DNA of 63,494 nucleotides, counting the filler. It is 7 parts of 7 records of this genome, joined end to end, with 100 filler letters (N's around TTAATTAATTAA, not from the genome) between each part and the next. Parts side by side here need not be neighbours in the genome. Positions count along the whole stretch, not along the records: positions 19,551 to 25,427 come from DRR378314_1209; positions 25,528 to 39,866 come from DRR378314_1212; 5 more parts are not named here. One strand, given 5' to 3'. The notes under the pieces were generated by a model. It was not told the origin of the DNA. It made no database searches and saw only the letters and a program-made list of their open reading frames with translations. The translations under genes were made by a program, and so were the position numbers. Shown piece by piece: positions 20,932 to 33,164 of the stretch. Each line of letters begins with the position of its first letter. Position 1 is the first letter of the stretch.

Positions 20932-23900
20932 CATGATTCTTGGAAGTCACGCTGTCTGCTGGGGGGAGAGATGGAGTCTGTATTGGGCGATGGAGACATT
21001 GGTTGCCTGCGGGACAAATGGTCATTGACGAACGCGAGCTGCTACCTTTGTTGCGATAGCCGACATCTGTGCATTTCTTTTTCTTCGCGAGCTGAGATGA
21101 AGAACGTGACAGCAAATGAATGATAAACTTGCTATATTCTCTTCGTCACAATGAGGATGCATGCGATCCAGTGTGGAGCATCGGTTGTAAGTGCTCTCGT
21201 GTTGTACGCATTTGATGGATTTTCTGTGTACTGATGGCGCGCGTGTGGAATGATGCCAAGGTTGCTAGCATGCGCGACTGTCGCTGCATTTGCTCTTTCC
21301 CTCGTTTTCACAAAGCTCATGATTTGCAATTGATCGAACTATGAGAAGCTATCCCTAGTTCGTAGAGCGCTCAGACTGGCGTGGGAGTGGTAGGGAGCGC
21401 GCTTCTGGCGGCTGGGTCCCTGTCAACGCGGCGGTGCGCATGCACGGGGCGCACGGCACTGCGGCTCGTGCAGCGCGGTTACTGCTGCCTGCGCCGGCTT
21501 TTCGGGGAGGAGGGCATTATTGTGGACACCAATGCAAACGAAAACAACTCTTACAGAAACGTATAACTCTGTGCTAAAAGGCTTTCCGTTCCCGTGTGGA
21601 GGGAAGTGGCGGTAACTGTGCAAGTAGCCAGCGTCACACCGCCTTGCAAAGCTTGCAGGCGTATTGACAGCCGACCGGCAACCGTTGCGGACTCACGCTG
21701 CAAGATGCATTCGCATTCGTTGTTGTGCTTAACTTGATGTGAATTTATTAGTATTGTGTGTAAGAAGGGCAGCTGTTGTAGAATCGGTGGCATAGACTCC
21801 GCGTGCTCATTGAACACTCGCTTCGTCTGGCGATCGGGCGCTTGTTGAGCAAGGCAAATGCGCGTCCTCAGAAGATGGTGGAAGTAACTTGAAATCCTTT
21901 TCATTCAATGAAAAATAGGAAAAGCAATGCGATCCTGGGTTTAGTACAGATCGCGGATATGCCACACTGGAGAGGCGCCGCGCGTGGTACAGCAGCTCGT
22001 TTTTCCCGCTGCGGTCAGCGGGGACTGCTGTTCGGTGCGGTAGGGGTATTCTGAACAACAACCAGTTCTGGAGTTAGCAGGTCGGTATGATAGAAATTTG
22101 ACTGACTCGGAAGATTGTTGCTGCTTTCAGATCCGTTTCGTATCGATACTGAGGCGGAAGTCGGGCAGGCTCTCCGCAGAAGCGCGTTGTGCGCATAGCA
22201 TTGCTCGAATTCTAAGCGCTAGAAAACACGCGCAACATATATTCAAAGGTGGGCGCGCACCCTCTCCTTTCCCCTTTGTGTACGTGTGTATATGATAACT
22301 TGTACAGGGCAAGAGGGAGCGCAGTGGTAGGTGAAACAAAGAAGTTCCCGTTTCCACCCAGATTACCTTCGGGCTGCCGCGGGCGTTGCGGCTGCATGAA
22401 GGTCGGCGAGTCGCTAAAGCGACGGGGGGGGGAACTACCGCGCGCTTGAAGGCGATAGGAACGAAAAGGCGGGCCGCAGCTGCGCATGGTGCTCCGCGTA
22501 AATGTATTTTCTGTTGTGTGTGGTGTACCTTCTCTCGGCTGAGAGGGTGACGGAGTCATTGGCGGAGACTGTGGTGCCCTTCCTCAGTCGTCCGGAGCAA
22601 GACTGCGCTACTCCCCTTGTTCGAGTGACACGTGCGCACTGTAGCTTCTTCAAGTGGTGAAGCTCGTTGTGTATTGGCGTGCTGGAAACAGTGGATGGGA
22701 GCTGCGCACGGGGCCGGAATACGAGCGTTGGTCCGGCTTCACAGAGAGAGAGAGGGCGTGGGCACTATACAGAGTGCGCCTATAATGTGATATAATGCGG
22801 AACATGTGGCGTATACCTGTACGGAATAGCCGTCCAGTGAAGGGACGGGAGTCGGGCGCCTGTGGCTCCAGGGCGCGTGCTTCCTGCAGGTGGGGCGCTG
22901 GGTGTGAACGAACAACGCTGCGAGGTGCCAGGAGTTGTGCGGCAGAGAAATCCCGCGGAGTTCTCTACGTCGCGAAGTGCCATGGAGAGCTGCTTGTGTG
23001 GGAAGGAATGACAGCTTATCTTAGGACATTTTCAAATTATGTGACTGCTGGGCATATAAGTTGCGTGAAGAGCGCTGCGTGCGTGTACGAGCATTAGACC
23101 GCGAGAGCTTCGGCAGTGTTTGGAGGCGGTGGCGCGAAGAGTGCGTTAAAGTGCAAGCGCTGCCAGCTCCGCGCGGTAGCGCGGAGCTGGCCTGCTCGCT
23201 TGGCCTGCGTTCGACCGGAGTGCACGAGAAATTCGTTGAGATACTCCACGAGCATTCGGGATCATTACTCATACAGCTTGGGTGCGGTTACTATTCTGCA
23301 GTCCCTCGTCGCGCTTATTTCCGTAGTATGCGCTCCAGATGGAATGAGGCTCCTAGTGTAAGGAAGAAGCGTTGACTATCGTGTACACATCTGTGCGAAT
23401 CAAGGCCCCTTTCGAGGGTGTTGTGCGGAGGCTCGGGAGCTCTCTAGAGCACTCTTGTCCATACTTTGATAAGCCGTTTGGCAGCACCGTAGCGCGCCCT
23501 GTTTCTCATAAAATTTGTCTTGCCAACTCTTAGTATGTATCGGATACCCTGTCGATCTTGCGAGGAACAAAACGCTCGAATTGCTTATTTGTGCGTGATG
23601 ATTCCAGCGGTCTTCTGTAGTGTGCCTTGCGAGGCTCTTAGTGACGGCTCTTCGTTCGCAACATTAAACGGGCATCAAATTTACTGTTCGTGTATCAAAG
23701 GACTGAGATCTATAGGCGATCGTGGTTGATTTTTTGGAAAGAGAGCCCATACTGTGGCGGAGGTATTGAAGCTCGCATCGGAATCTCCTGCTTTCGCTAG
23801 TTAGAGTGGGATTGCGTTACACGAAGCTGGGTGCCTTCGTTTCTCCGAAAACGAATTTCTATATTTGTGCAGAGCCTTATAATCGATTTTTGCGCGCACT

Positions 23901-24741
23901 ATTACACGCACAAAAATTCTATTCTTGTTTTCCATTCATTGTTAAATTTATGCATTGCAAGGCATCCTTTTACGAATTGGTGGTTACATTACTTCTTGTG
24001 GCATCGCGTGCTCTTGCGCTGGTGGAGCAAGGCAGCTGCACTCGATAACTGTCTGCTGCCCGTGGGCTGCGAAGAGGTGGTCTCGTGTTGCTGTTGCTTT
24101 TATTTGTACGCGTCATCCCCGGACTACCTTTCGTATTCTCATCAATATACAAATATATATTAATTATTAACGTTTGGACAGGCGGGGTAGGTCTGATGGT
24201 GCGGTAGTTGCATTTTGCCGCTCGTCAGGCGGGCGTGAGAAATGTCGACAGTGCGCGCTACGCAATCTGTAGTCTTAGCAAAGCAAGAGCTGCTTTCTCC
24301 TTCCTATCATGCATGTTGTTTTGTGTCAAACTCCTGTGAGCTGCTTTTTCTCAGGTGCAGTAGTGTTACAGTGTGAGCTCTTCTGCTCTTTGAGTAGATT
24401 TCCCAGCTCGCGATTTCGTTTCCACTCATAATCGTACACGCCATCTTCCAGTGCTTACGTGTACCGAAGTGCGTGTTGCAATGCAAAAGAAGTAGAAATT
24501 GGCGAACATGGCGGTGAAAAAAGATTGCGGTGGGAATGTAGACTTTTGTTATGCGAATAGGCACTTTGACTATTGAAGCTGCTGGCTTAAACTTGTCCAG
24601 CGGATCGCAGTAATTCTGCGCTCTAGACATGCCATTTCAGTGCATGTTCTTTCCCGTATTTGATAAACTAACATTGGCTTCGCTGATGGGGTTTTCGCGA
24701 TGTCCCATTCATCTTTACCAGGAGAGGAAGCACGTGGAAAG

Positions 24742-25427
24742 ATGGACGAGGTACGCGAAGCTATCCAGAAGATGCGGAAAGGGAAGAAACTAGTTAGTCT
24801 GTGGTGGAGAGAAATCAAAGACGAAGGAGCGAAAAAGATTTCCGAGGAAGTCGCGCAGAATTCCAGTCTCACCGCGCTTGAGCTCGGATATAACAGCATC
24901 GGAGATGAGGGATGCGTGGCGCTGGCATCAGCGCTGCAGTCGCCACAATCTTCGCTCACTGCACTTTATCTCGGAGCCAATAACATAGGTGATGAGGGAT
25001 GTGCTGCACTCGCGTTAGCGTTGCAGTCACCGCACTCAACGCTCACTGTACTCAATCTTGGAGCGAACAAGATCAGTGACACCGGAGCTTCTCTTTTGGC
25101 TTCGTCGCTCATAAAAAAGTCCTCTCTCTTGCACATTGACTTACGTTTTAACGACGGCATCACCATACCCACAAGTGCTCGTATTTACGCCCTAGTTCAA
25201 TTGTCCCGCGACGGTGAAGACGATATTCCTCGCCACTTCGTCGCCAAGCTCACCAACAAGTATCTTGAGGAGGTCGTTTTTGACGAGTATAAAGCAAAAA
25301 TCAGGTGTGGTGTTAAGTCGCATACCTGGACATTCGAGCGCATTGCCGACTTCAAGCCGATCCTTGTCACTCTCCGCGCCCTCATCATGCCAACACGGCC
25401 GCCGCCGCGATCCCCAGCTGCTCCGTC
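24742..25427 (+). CDS. Ribonuclease-inhibitor-like leucine-rich-repeat protein (3' truncated)
   Basis: 28-29-aa repeats of LTxLxLGxNxIGDEGCxALAxAL. Confidence 0.85.
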
Positions 25428-25527
25428 NNNNNNNNNNNNNNNNNNNNNNNNNNNNNNNNNNNNNNNNNNNNTTAATTAATTAANNNNNNNNNNNNNNNNN
25501 NNNNNNNNNNNNNNNNNNNNNNNNNNN

Positions 25528-26844
25528 GCATCACTCAACTATTCTCCAAGCACTAATGATGTTCCGTTTAGAGAGCTGCCGGGCGCCCCGACGGGGGCTT
25601 CGGCTATACACGGCGATTCAAGAGTGTCACTATCGTGGTTTGCACCTGTGGAAAAGGGAGGAGAGGCGCTCACCGGCTACCGTATCGAAGTGGCTACGGC
25701 AGGAGGGCCGTTCACCGTCGCCGTGGACGACACCCAGAGTACTGCCACGTCGCATGTGTTCCTCGGCCTGAACAATGGCACCGAGTATCGGTATCGGGTA
25801 TCAGCACGCAACTCTGCCGGGCCAGGTCCTGCATCAGACACCGTCGTTGTAACACCTGCCACTTTTCCCAATCCACCCGGAAGCGTGACAGTAGTGCCTG
25901 GGGACAGTTCTATTGCTGTTTCGTGGACCGCACCCGCATTTGATGGCGGTTCGTCCGTACAGGGGTACGCTGTCGCCTTTTCGGTCGACGGGCAGGAGAC
26001 TGTTGTGAGTGAGGACACTGGAAACACGGACACAAGTTTCCAGGTTCCAGATCTTGATAATGGGGTATCGTACGTTGTGCTCGTAGCAGCAATCAATGCT
26101 GAAGGGTACAGCGTGCCGAAGAACTCTGCAGTTTCTGTGCCGCGCACTGTTCCCGGTGTGCCACAGGATGTTGCAGCAACGCCGTTGGATGGAGCAATCG
26201 AACTGCACTGGAATCCCCCATCGAGTGATGGCGGAGCCCCCGTCACTGGATACATTGCGCAACTAAGGCCCAGTGAAGGTGATGCGGTGGAGCATGAAAT
26301 CGCTGCCGGACTGAGCTCTCATGTTGTAGCGGATCTTGGAAACGGCATTGAGTACGATGTCAGTCTTCGAGCTGCAAACATAGCCGGTAGATCTACTGTG
26401 GTGTCCGTCGCAGATCCTGTCGTGCCGTACAGCGTGCCGTCCGCTCCTCGCAATGTCGCGGTCAGCGAATCTGAGGCGAAGACCGTCACGATCTCTTGGC
26501 AAGCACCGGTTTCGGATGGAGGGCGCCCTATTACGCACTATGAAGTAGAAAAAAGCGCAGATGGGACGACGTGGGCGCTTTTGGGCACATTGGCGGATCC
26601 CAACGCAACAGAAATCGTGTCGAATGACGTTCGTCTGGGCCAGGACTACGTGTTCCGTGTACGCGCGGTAAACGCGCGTGGTCGAAGCGACCCGTCAGAG
26701 CAAACTGCTCAGCTCACGCTCAGGACCTGGGCGTGGTACTCCTATGTCTTTGCTGGCGTCGCTGCTGGCGTAGTGTTGACTGTCATCGCGTCACGGCTCT
26801 TTGGAAAAGACCACAGAAGGAGAGCGGTTGCGGGCGTGGTGTAG
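25528..26844 (+). CDS. Type I membrane protein with at least 4 tandem fibronectin type III domains (5' truncated)
   Basis: Four W.aP..dGG.....Y ... L.NG..Y...V.A.N..G repeats, then TM WYSYVFAGVAAGVVLTVIA and a basic tail. Confidence 0.88.
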   Translation, partial: ASLNYSPSTNDVPFRELPGAPTGASAIHGDSRVSLSWFAPVEKGGEALTGYRIEVATAGGPFTVAVDDTQSTATSHVFLGLNNGTEYRYRVSARNSAGPGPASDTVVVTPATFPNPPGSVTVVPGDSSIAVSWTAPAFDGGSSVQGYAVAFSVDGQETVVSEDTGNTDTSFQVPDLDNGVSYVVLVAAINAEGYSVPKNSAVSVPRTVPGVPQDVAATPLDGAIELHWNPPSSDGGAPVTGYIAQLRPSEGDAVEHEIAAGLSSHVVADLGNGIEYDVSLRAANIAGRSTVVSVADPVVPYSVPSAPRNVAVSESEAKTVTISWQAPVSDGGRPITHYEVEKSADGTTWALLGTLADPNATEIVSNDVRLGQDYVFRVRAVNARGRSDPSEQTAQLTLRTWAWYSYVFAGVAAGVVLTVIASRLFGKDHRRRAVAGVV

Positions 26845-27156
26845 CACATCTCGTCCCGCTCGTGGACTGATTCTGGAGGGTTACTTGCTTTGTATGTTGG
26901 TCTGCACTTGCTGGCACCACAAATCGCAGGTCCTTTAATACATGGATTTCTGCACTTGCCCGTGAAACAAATACACCGCCAAAAACCAACAACGAAAGAA
27001 GATGCAGGTGGGCAAACGTCTGCGTGGCAGAGAGGAGCGCTTGTTGCGCGGACAGTTTTGCGGATTTTTATTCTCGAGGAACAAGAGGGTGTAGCGGAAG
27101 TAGACTTTGCCGGTCCAACACAAAGACCACGGGTTGCGAGCCTACATCGCGCTGAT

Positions 27157-29274
27157 TTACTGCTGGACCGGGAACTCGAAGACGGAACTCTTGCCGGTGA
27201 TGTGCTTGTAGACGGAGGCAAAGGTTCCGGCCTTGTACTCATATCCGGCCTGTTCCTTGGGATCGAGCAGCCTGCGACGGAACAGCAGCCCCGGAGGCAC
27301 AAGCGGAATTGAAGTGAGATGCCGGAAAAAAACAACAACAAAAAATCAAAATAAAAATAAAAACAAATACAGAATAGAAGTAATGCTCGAGGATAATACA
27401 TAACGCCTTCGGCACAAAAGGTTACGTGGTGAACATAGCGTAGTTCAGTTTCAGACCAGCGAGCAAAACGGCCCGGCAAAACAAGACGCCGAGCTCTTGG
27501 CTCGGCGTTTTGGTGAGAGTGGGGCCGAAACACGCACGGCTCAGAACAGGACGCTACACGCGCGCAATGCAGTCACGGCAGCGCCTTTATCACACGGACA
27601 CGATACATTCAGCCTATGCGCAAGGAAACGGAAAAGAAAGCAAAAGAATGAAACAGGTAGGGCCCAACGTACACTTTGATCAGGCGCGTCCCGTCCTGGT
27701 GGAAGCGAGTGCGCTTGCCGACAATCTCGACGGGGTACACGAGATCCTCGAGGACCGCGTTGTGCACCTGGGAGAGCGTGCGGCTGATCGGGCGCTTCTG
27801 CTGTTTGGAGCGGTTCTTCTGCGTCTGGCGCGGGAGAATGCGGCGGTCAGCGACGAAGAGAACGTGGCGGCCTCCGAACTTCTTCTCCAGCTCCTGAACA
27901 AGCGAAGCGTGGATCTTGCGCACGGCCTTCATGTACCGGTACGGCACAGAGATGACGATGGCCTTCTTCCCGTTTGCGACATCCAGCTCCTTCGCGCCAG
28001 AGATCATAATCATGGCTACATCAGCCTTGAGCTCATTGTTGTTCGACTGCAAAAAGAATTGGGGGATTTACAGCCAATCGGCACAAGCACGGCGGGGCAT
28101 AAACAGGTAGCTGGCAGTCATTGATAGCAGGCGCAGCACCTGCACATCTCCCCGCCAACCAAGTGCTCGTAATGGGGAGCCACTGTTGGCCAACGAGTGA
28201 TCCCCTTCAGGCATAACCCATTCTTCCATGCGCATGCCGCATGTGGCGTGCAAGTAGACCAAGGTAGTGCCATTATAGAATGTATCGGGGTTCGCAGGCT
28301 GTAATGGCAGACGAGCAAGATGATGAGGACGCCTACTGCTTGGGAGGGCCACCGCAGGCAGCACGGAGGTGGCGCTCTGTTGGGGGAGGAACTGCGCACT
28401 CTCTTTGCATGGCAATCCAAAGCCCCCCTTCCCACAGCAAAAAACAAACAAAAAAACCTCGCATTCCTAAGAGACATTTCTGCACAAATCGGTGCACTAA
28501 CATGTTATACTGCAAGCTATCCTCGGCGGGGAGTCGAGAGTAGACACACACGGGCGGCCGAGGAACTGCAGTGGGGTTTCGCCACCGCGGCGGTGCAGCA
28601 CGCGCGCAGCAGCGGCGCAGGGCAGTGCTGCTGCGGTGCCCCCCTGCCAGCTCCGCACACAGAGCCCAGAGGACAGCGCGCCGCTTCCACAACAACCCCG
28701 CGAGCCGCGGAGCTTGCCGCTGAAAATACGCACGCAACTACAACGAAACCTCCCGAGAAGTGAACCATTTCTTCCCCAGATATACAGCAAACTTCCTCCT
28801 CATGGGAGTCGGCACACGATGGAAAAGGGACGCGGCGAGTGTGCTCTGTCCGCAGCTGCATGGGCGCGGGGCCGCAGCGCTCCTCGCTTGCCGCCCGCCG
28901 TACGTTCCCGAGGGGGCCGCCTACGGGCAGGTGCGCCCGCACACTACGCACGACGTATTGGCTACTTGGAAAGCTTGATTCACGCCGCATTTCCCCTTCG
29001 CAGAGGCCAATAAAGCTCACAAAATGGTATACTACAACAAACACCAGTGTGTACGGGTCGATAACGTGTCCTTCTTCATTTGCCTTTCCTGTGGCAAGGG
29101 AATGCTCGGCCCACAATTCTGAGAGCGCACGGACGATGACACAGAGCTGTCACACTGCGTATTCCTGCTGCGCGCACGTACCTGGAGGTCGAAGAGAGCA
29201 CGCGTGACCTCTTCCTCGATGCCGGAGAGCTTGGCGCCGCCGGCCTTGACGATCTTGCTACTAGCCGAGAACAT
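27157..29274 (-). CDS. RPS7: 40S ribosomal protein S7 (eS7), 3 exons, 193 aa
   Basis: Exons 29274-29182, 28046-27673, 27271-27157; ELEKKF.G.HV, KRP.SRTL..VH...LEDL.YP.EIVGKR and C-terminal FEFP. Confidence 0.97.
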
Positions 29275-30504
29275 GGCTGGTTCCTCTGATCAAACCAACA
29301 GTCAAATCGGCAACGAGTTCGATCGAGTCAGGTGAGTTACGTGGCAGCGTGAAGAAACGGCTTGCGCGCACAATCGCTTTCGCACCCCCGTGCACGCTAT
29401 CGTGGCACAACGAGCCAGCAAGCAGCGCGACCACTAATACCACTAGGCCTCGCCGCTTGGGCAACAAACGCCAAACCGCGAACAACGTAGCAAGCCGCGC
29501 GCACAATATCTTGTCCATCAACTGGTGATAATCACATTTCAGTAAGCATCCAAGCCAGCGAGGTATTGCGGGCGGAAGCGTCAGCGATCTACCACTCTGC
29601 CGCATACAGCTACCTTTCAGAGCGTAGCACACAGCCAGCGTGCAAGGGGGCAAGGGCGGTGTGCGCACGCGCGGTCAGGTACGCAGATACACTGTCTGCG
29701 CGTAGCAGCAGCGAGGGGTCGCCGAGCTGCGCACAGCAGACGCTCTAATATCTCAGGAAAAGAGAAAGCTATCCAGTAGGCGCAACAATGAAAACTTGAA
29801 ATATGCACATATCACAGGGAATCAAGGCACGAAAAGGGCCCGAAAGCGCGGCCGCGGGCTCGAAGACCAGGAAGGCAGCAGAGGTACGGCGGCGGCGCAC
29901 CTCGTTCCCCGCTGAGAGATATTCTGGTGTGAATCGCATGCCGGGAGCACGAGTCCGCAAAGACCGTAGAATTGGGGGGTTCTGTTTACAAGAATTCATT
30001 TGTTTAACAGGGAGAATGAATGCAGCCCCCCCTTCGAGGCAAACCGGGTCCTGCGCAGGTTGGCACTTGTTCCCTAGTGCTTTCGCGCTTGCATGGGATG
30101 CGCATGGTGAGGACAATGTCATTGCCGTCCGCACAAGAGAATTCGTCTTTCTTTTTGAAAGAAATCAGCAGCCATCGAAGTACTACGGCGACTTGGTGGT
30201 GAGCAAAGACGCGGATTCCGAACGTCGTCGTTTCCCTCCGCAGGTGCGGGTCCTTCACACGTCGGATGGTGGTTAGTAGCCCTAGTTAGAAAGACACCCT
30301 AGTGCATACACGTACTGGAACGCATGCGAGTGCGCGGGCACCCGTGCGCCACAGTCAGTTCGTAGCGGAAGAGCCGCCGAGTCTCGCCAGACGTGCGCGA
30401 GCGTTCTGGGAAAGCGGCGATAGACTACTGAATTTTTCGCACTAAGATCATCTCTTTTCGTTCGCATACCGGGCACAAGCGTATTCTACCGGTCTCGTGG
30501 GCGT

Positions 30505-32697
30505 ATGAGCGCCACGCCGCGCCGTGAGGCCGTCGTTGACGGAGAGCCTGGCGCGTTCGAGGCGGAGCACGTTCAGCGCGTCTATGACGCGATCGCCCCG
30601 CACTTTTCGCACACTAGAGGGGCGATATGGCCAAAAGTAAGAGATTTTCTCGATAGTCATGCTAATGGCAGCATAGTCGCGGACGTCGGTTGTGGCAACG
30701 GAAAATATCTTGGGATTAGCAAGGTGAGTTTTTTTTTCCCCAGTATCTCTGCGGCGGGCTCGCTTGTGCCGTCGAGCACTCTTCCGCCCGGCGAGACACA
30801 CCGCTGCTGAACGCGCAACGGCGGCGCGTGGGCGAACGCGAACAGTGAATTTCGCGGTGATTGTACGTGAATTGCTACTTCAGCTCATATATCGGTATAT
30901 TTCGCTCATGCTTGGGTATCTGGCTGCTTTCGCTGCAGCACGTCTTCGTTCACGGCAACGACGTCAGCGTACCGCTAGTTGAGCTCGCCCGCCGACGGTG
31001 CTCGCCAGCAGCACTCAAAAAGGCAGAAGAAGAGGTCCGTGCTTCGCATTGGAAGGAACTGTATCTCGCCAGCCCTCTTTTTTCCTTCGCGAACATGTGC
31101 ATCCCTTCTGGCAGTCTCGACCTCGCGTGCCTCAGTGCTGGCACTTCGCGTCTGCGGTTGCGGCTCACGTCGTGTTGTCTTGTTCTCCGTTGTGCTGTTC
31201 GGCAGGATCCGCTGCTATTGTCTTCGCACGTATCTCGTGTCGCAGGTGCGCCTGATTGTCGTAGTCTGAAATATGAGAACGTGCACAAACACGACGATGG
31301 AAGCAATAATCAGTTTTCCTTATTGCGCGTCGGACTGCGCGTGTGCCAGGGCCCGTGCGCGTCATGTCGTCTTTCTCCAACAGTTGGCTCGTGATGCTCT
31401 TTCGCTCATTGTCCTGTCGCTCGCAGGAATCGGCGGCGATGTATTTGCCTGCGACGGATTGCGCATCGCAGCGCGCGATAACGTGTACGATGGAGCGATA
31501 TCGATTGCAGTTGTACATCATATGAGTACGAGAGGAAGGCGTATAGCTGCTCTAAGGGAGCTTCTTCGGTATGCGGTTTCCATGACGGGCGTGCGCGGAA
31601 CACAGCGAGTAGGCTGTTCCCGTAGAGTATCGCTAATTTCTCTCTATTTCCTCGCAAAAGAACGTTTTCCCGCTCTTTGTTCCGTAAACGGATACCACAT
31701 ATATTCAAGCATGTGATACTATCTCTTGTCTTCATGTAGCGTTGTTCGTCCGGGCGCTCGAATCATGGTGTACGTGTGGTCGTTTGAGCCGATGCGGGAC
31801 CGGCGCGGCGTTACGTTCCAGGTACGTGTCCACGGCTGAGACGCTGCGCAGCGCTTTGCCTGGAGGATTGCGAACGGATGCCTCGAAAGGGCGGGTATAG
31901 AAAGGAAGCATTTCACCGACTGTCGTGCAGGGTAATGAATAAAGGGTAAAAGATCGAGCACTCGTATTTGCACATGGCAATGTATGGCGATGTGGAGGAT
32001 AGTTGGATCGAGTGGAGTGGTAGTGTGTCCGTGGTGGCGTTTGTCGCTTTCACCGTGCCGTCGTGCATCCTTGCGCCGCGTTTCCTGGAGAATGGTGCAG
32101 TATGGTATTATTGCATGTTCCACCTCTTCCTAATTGCTAAAACGTGCACGGTCGACTACACAGGACGTGTTTGTACCATGGAATTTGCAAAAACGGTTCT
32201 GGAGCAACGACACGACTCGCCACGCTGGCGAGCTGGAGCGCGGGAAGAGCGGCGAGCTCGTGTACGAAAGGTGTGCTTTCATCTGCGGTACACCATCAGG
32301 CGCGTCAAGGCGGGCGATTGCCGTCAACTGTGGCTTTGATAGCATGCTCCCTGGATGTATGTGAGTGTATGGTAGTTCGTGCGCTTTGTTGGCCGCGATG
32401 TGAATGTTCATGGTTTGCTCGCATGCTAAAAAGTTCTACATCTACTTCGTCGCCAGAGGGTCGGTTTCTGGTTCGGATTCCACGTTTCCCCTCCTTGCGC
32501 AAGTAGCACTTTTTTTTAATTCTACCTGTTTTTGCGTGATGCTACCAATCTCGTTTGCGCTTTGCATTAGGTACTATCATCTCTTTGAAAATGGCGAGCT
32601 GGACGCACTGTTTGAAGAAGCGGGCGGGTGTGTCGTACGAGAGTCGTATTTCGACCATGCGAACTGGGTGGTGGTAGCGGAGAAGTTGTCGTCGTGA
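30505..32697 (+). CDS. TRM9: tRNA wobble-uridine (cm5U34) methyltransferase, Trm9/ALKBH8-MTase type, 7 exons
   Basis: E.EHV..VYD.IA.HFS.TR...WP.V, DVGCGNGKY, ISIAVVHH.ST..RR..AL.EL, YVWSFE, QDVFVPW, RYYHLF..GEL and NW; splice phases consistent. Confidence 0.92.
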
Positions 32698-32840
32698 CGC
32701 AAAAGTGGCGGCGGTTTCGCATTGCAGACGTCCTGTCGCCGGAGCATACGTAGTGCTATACGCATATAGGTACCTAAAGCACCAATCGTATATTCCCTTT
32801 TGTCCACACGCGTCAGTCTCAGCGAGTGGTCCTTGGAGTT

Positions 32841-32932
32841 CGAGGAGTCCTCTCCTCTCCTCCGGCACGGCCGACGCGCAGCAGCGTTCGTTTTCCAGCT
32901 CGTGCCATCAGCGGCTCTCCGCGGACGTCTCG
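32841..32932 (-). promoter_or_regulatory. Candidate type II SECIS element in the selenoprotein L 3' UTR
   Basis: Minus strand c-UGAU-GGCACG(A)GCUGG-AAAA-[cg aa cgc ugcu gcg cg mini-stem]-UCGGCCGUGCC-GGAG: GA/AG quartet, 11-bp helix II, apical adenosines. Confidence 0.7.
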
Positions 32933-33164
32933 CAGCTAACTAAGGAATTCTCACGCTCTCTTGTATAGAAGAGAATTCCTTTGTCAAATGATGAAGACAC
33001 TGTGGAATGCATGAAATATACTTCCGGGAAACGTTGCGCCTACGAATATTCGTGCCGCATAGCCGCTCGTTTAGCTGCACCGGATCACGAGTGCACACAT
33101 ACAAGGCAGTCACTTTAGTTCGCAGCACAAGTCACAAATGAGGGATGCAAGATATCGTAACTAG

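Noticed and set aside
20932-24700. Many short ORFs in the track between NAE1 and the LRR gene
   Set aside because: No recognisable domain or consistent exon chain; treated as non-coding or unresolved
28047-29181. U17/snR30 snoRNA in the RPS7 intron, as in some vertebrates
   Set aside because: The conserved m1 (AUAUUCC) and m2 (AAACCA) motifs are not present on the sense strand; only loose look-alikes
29860-30450. SRP RNA or spliceosomal snRNA (CAGGAAGGCAGCA, AATTTTTCG, CTAAGATCA fragments)
   Set aside because: Isolated short matches without the required surrounding structure
33045-33090. Second SECIS-like GUGAU...AAA stretch in the SelL 3' UTR
   Set aside because: Helix II pairs poorly and there is no properly placed 3' GA; much weaker than the 32841-32932 candidate
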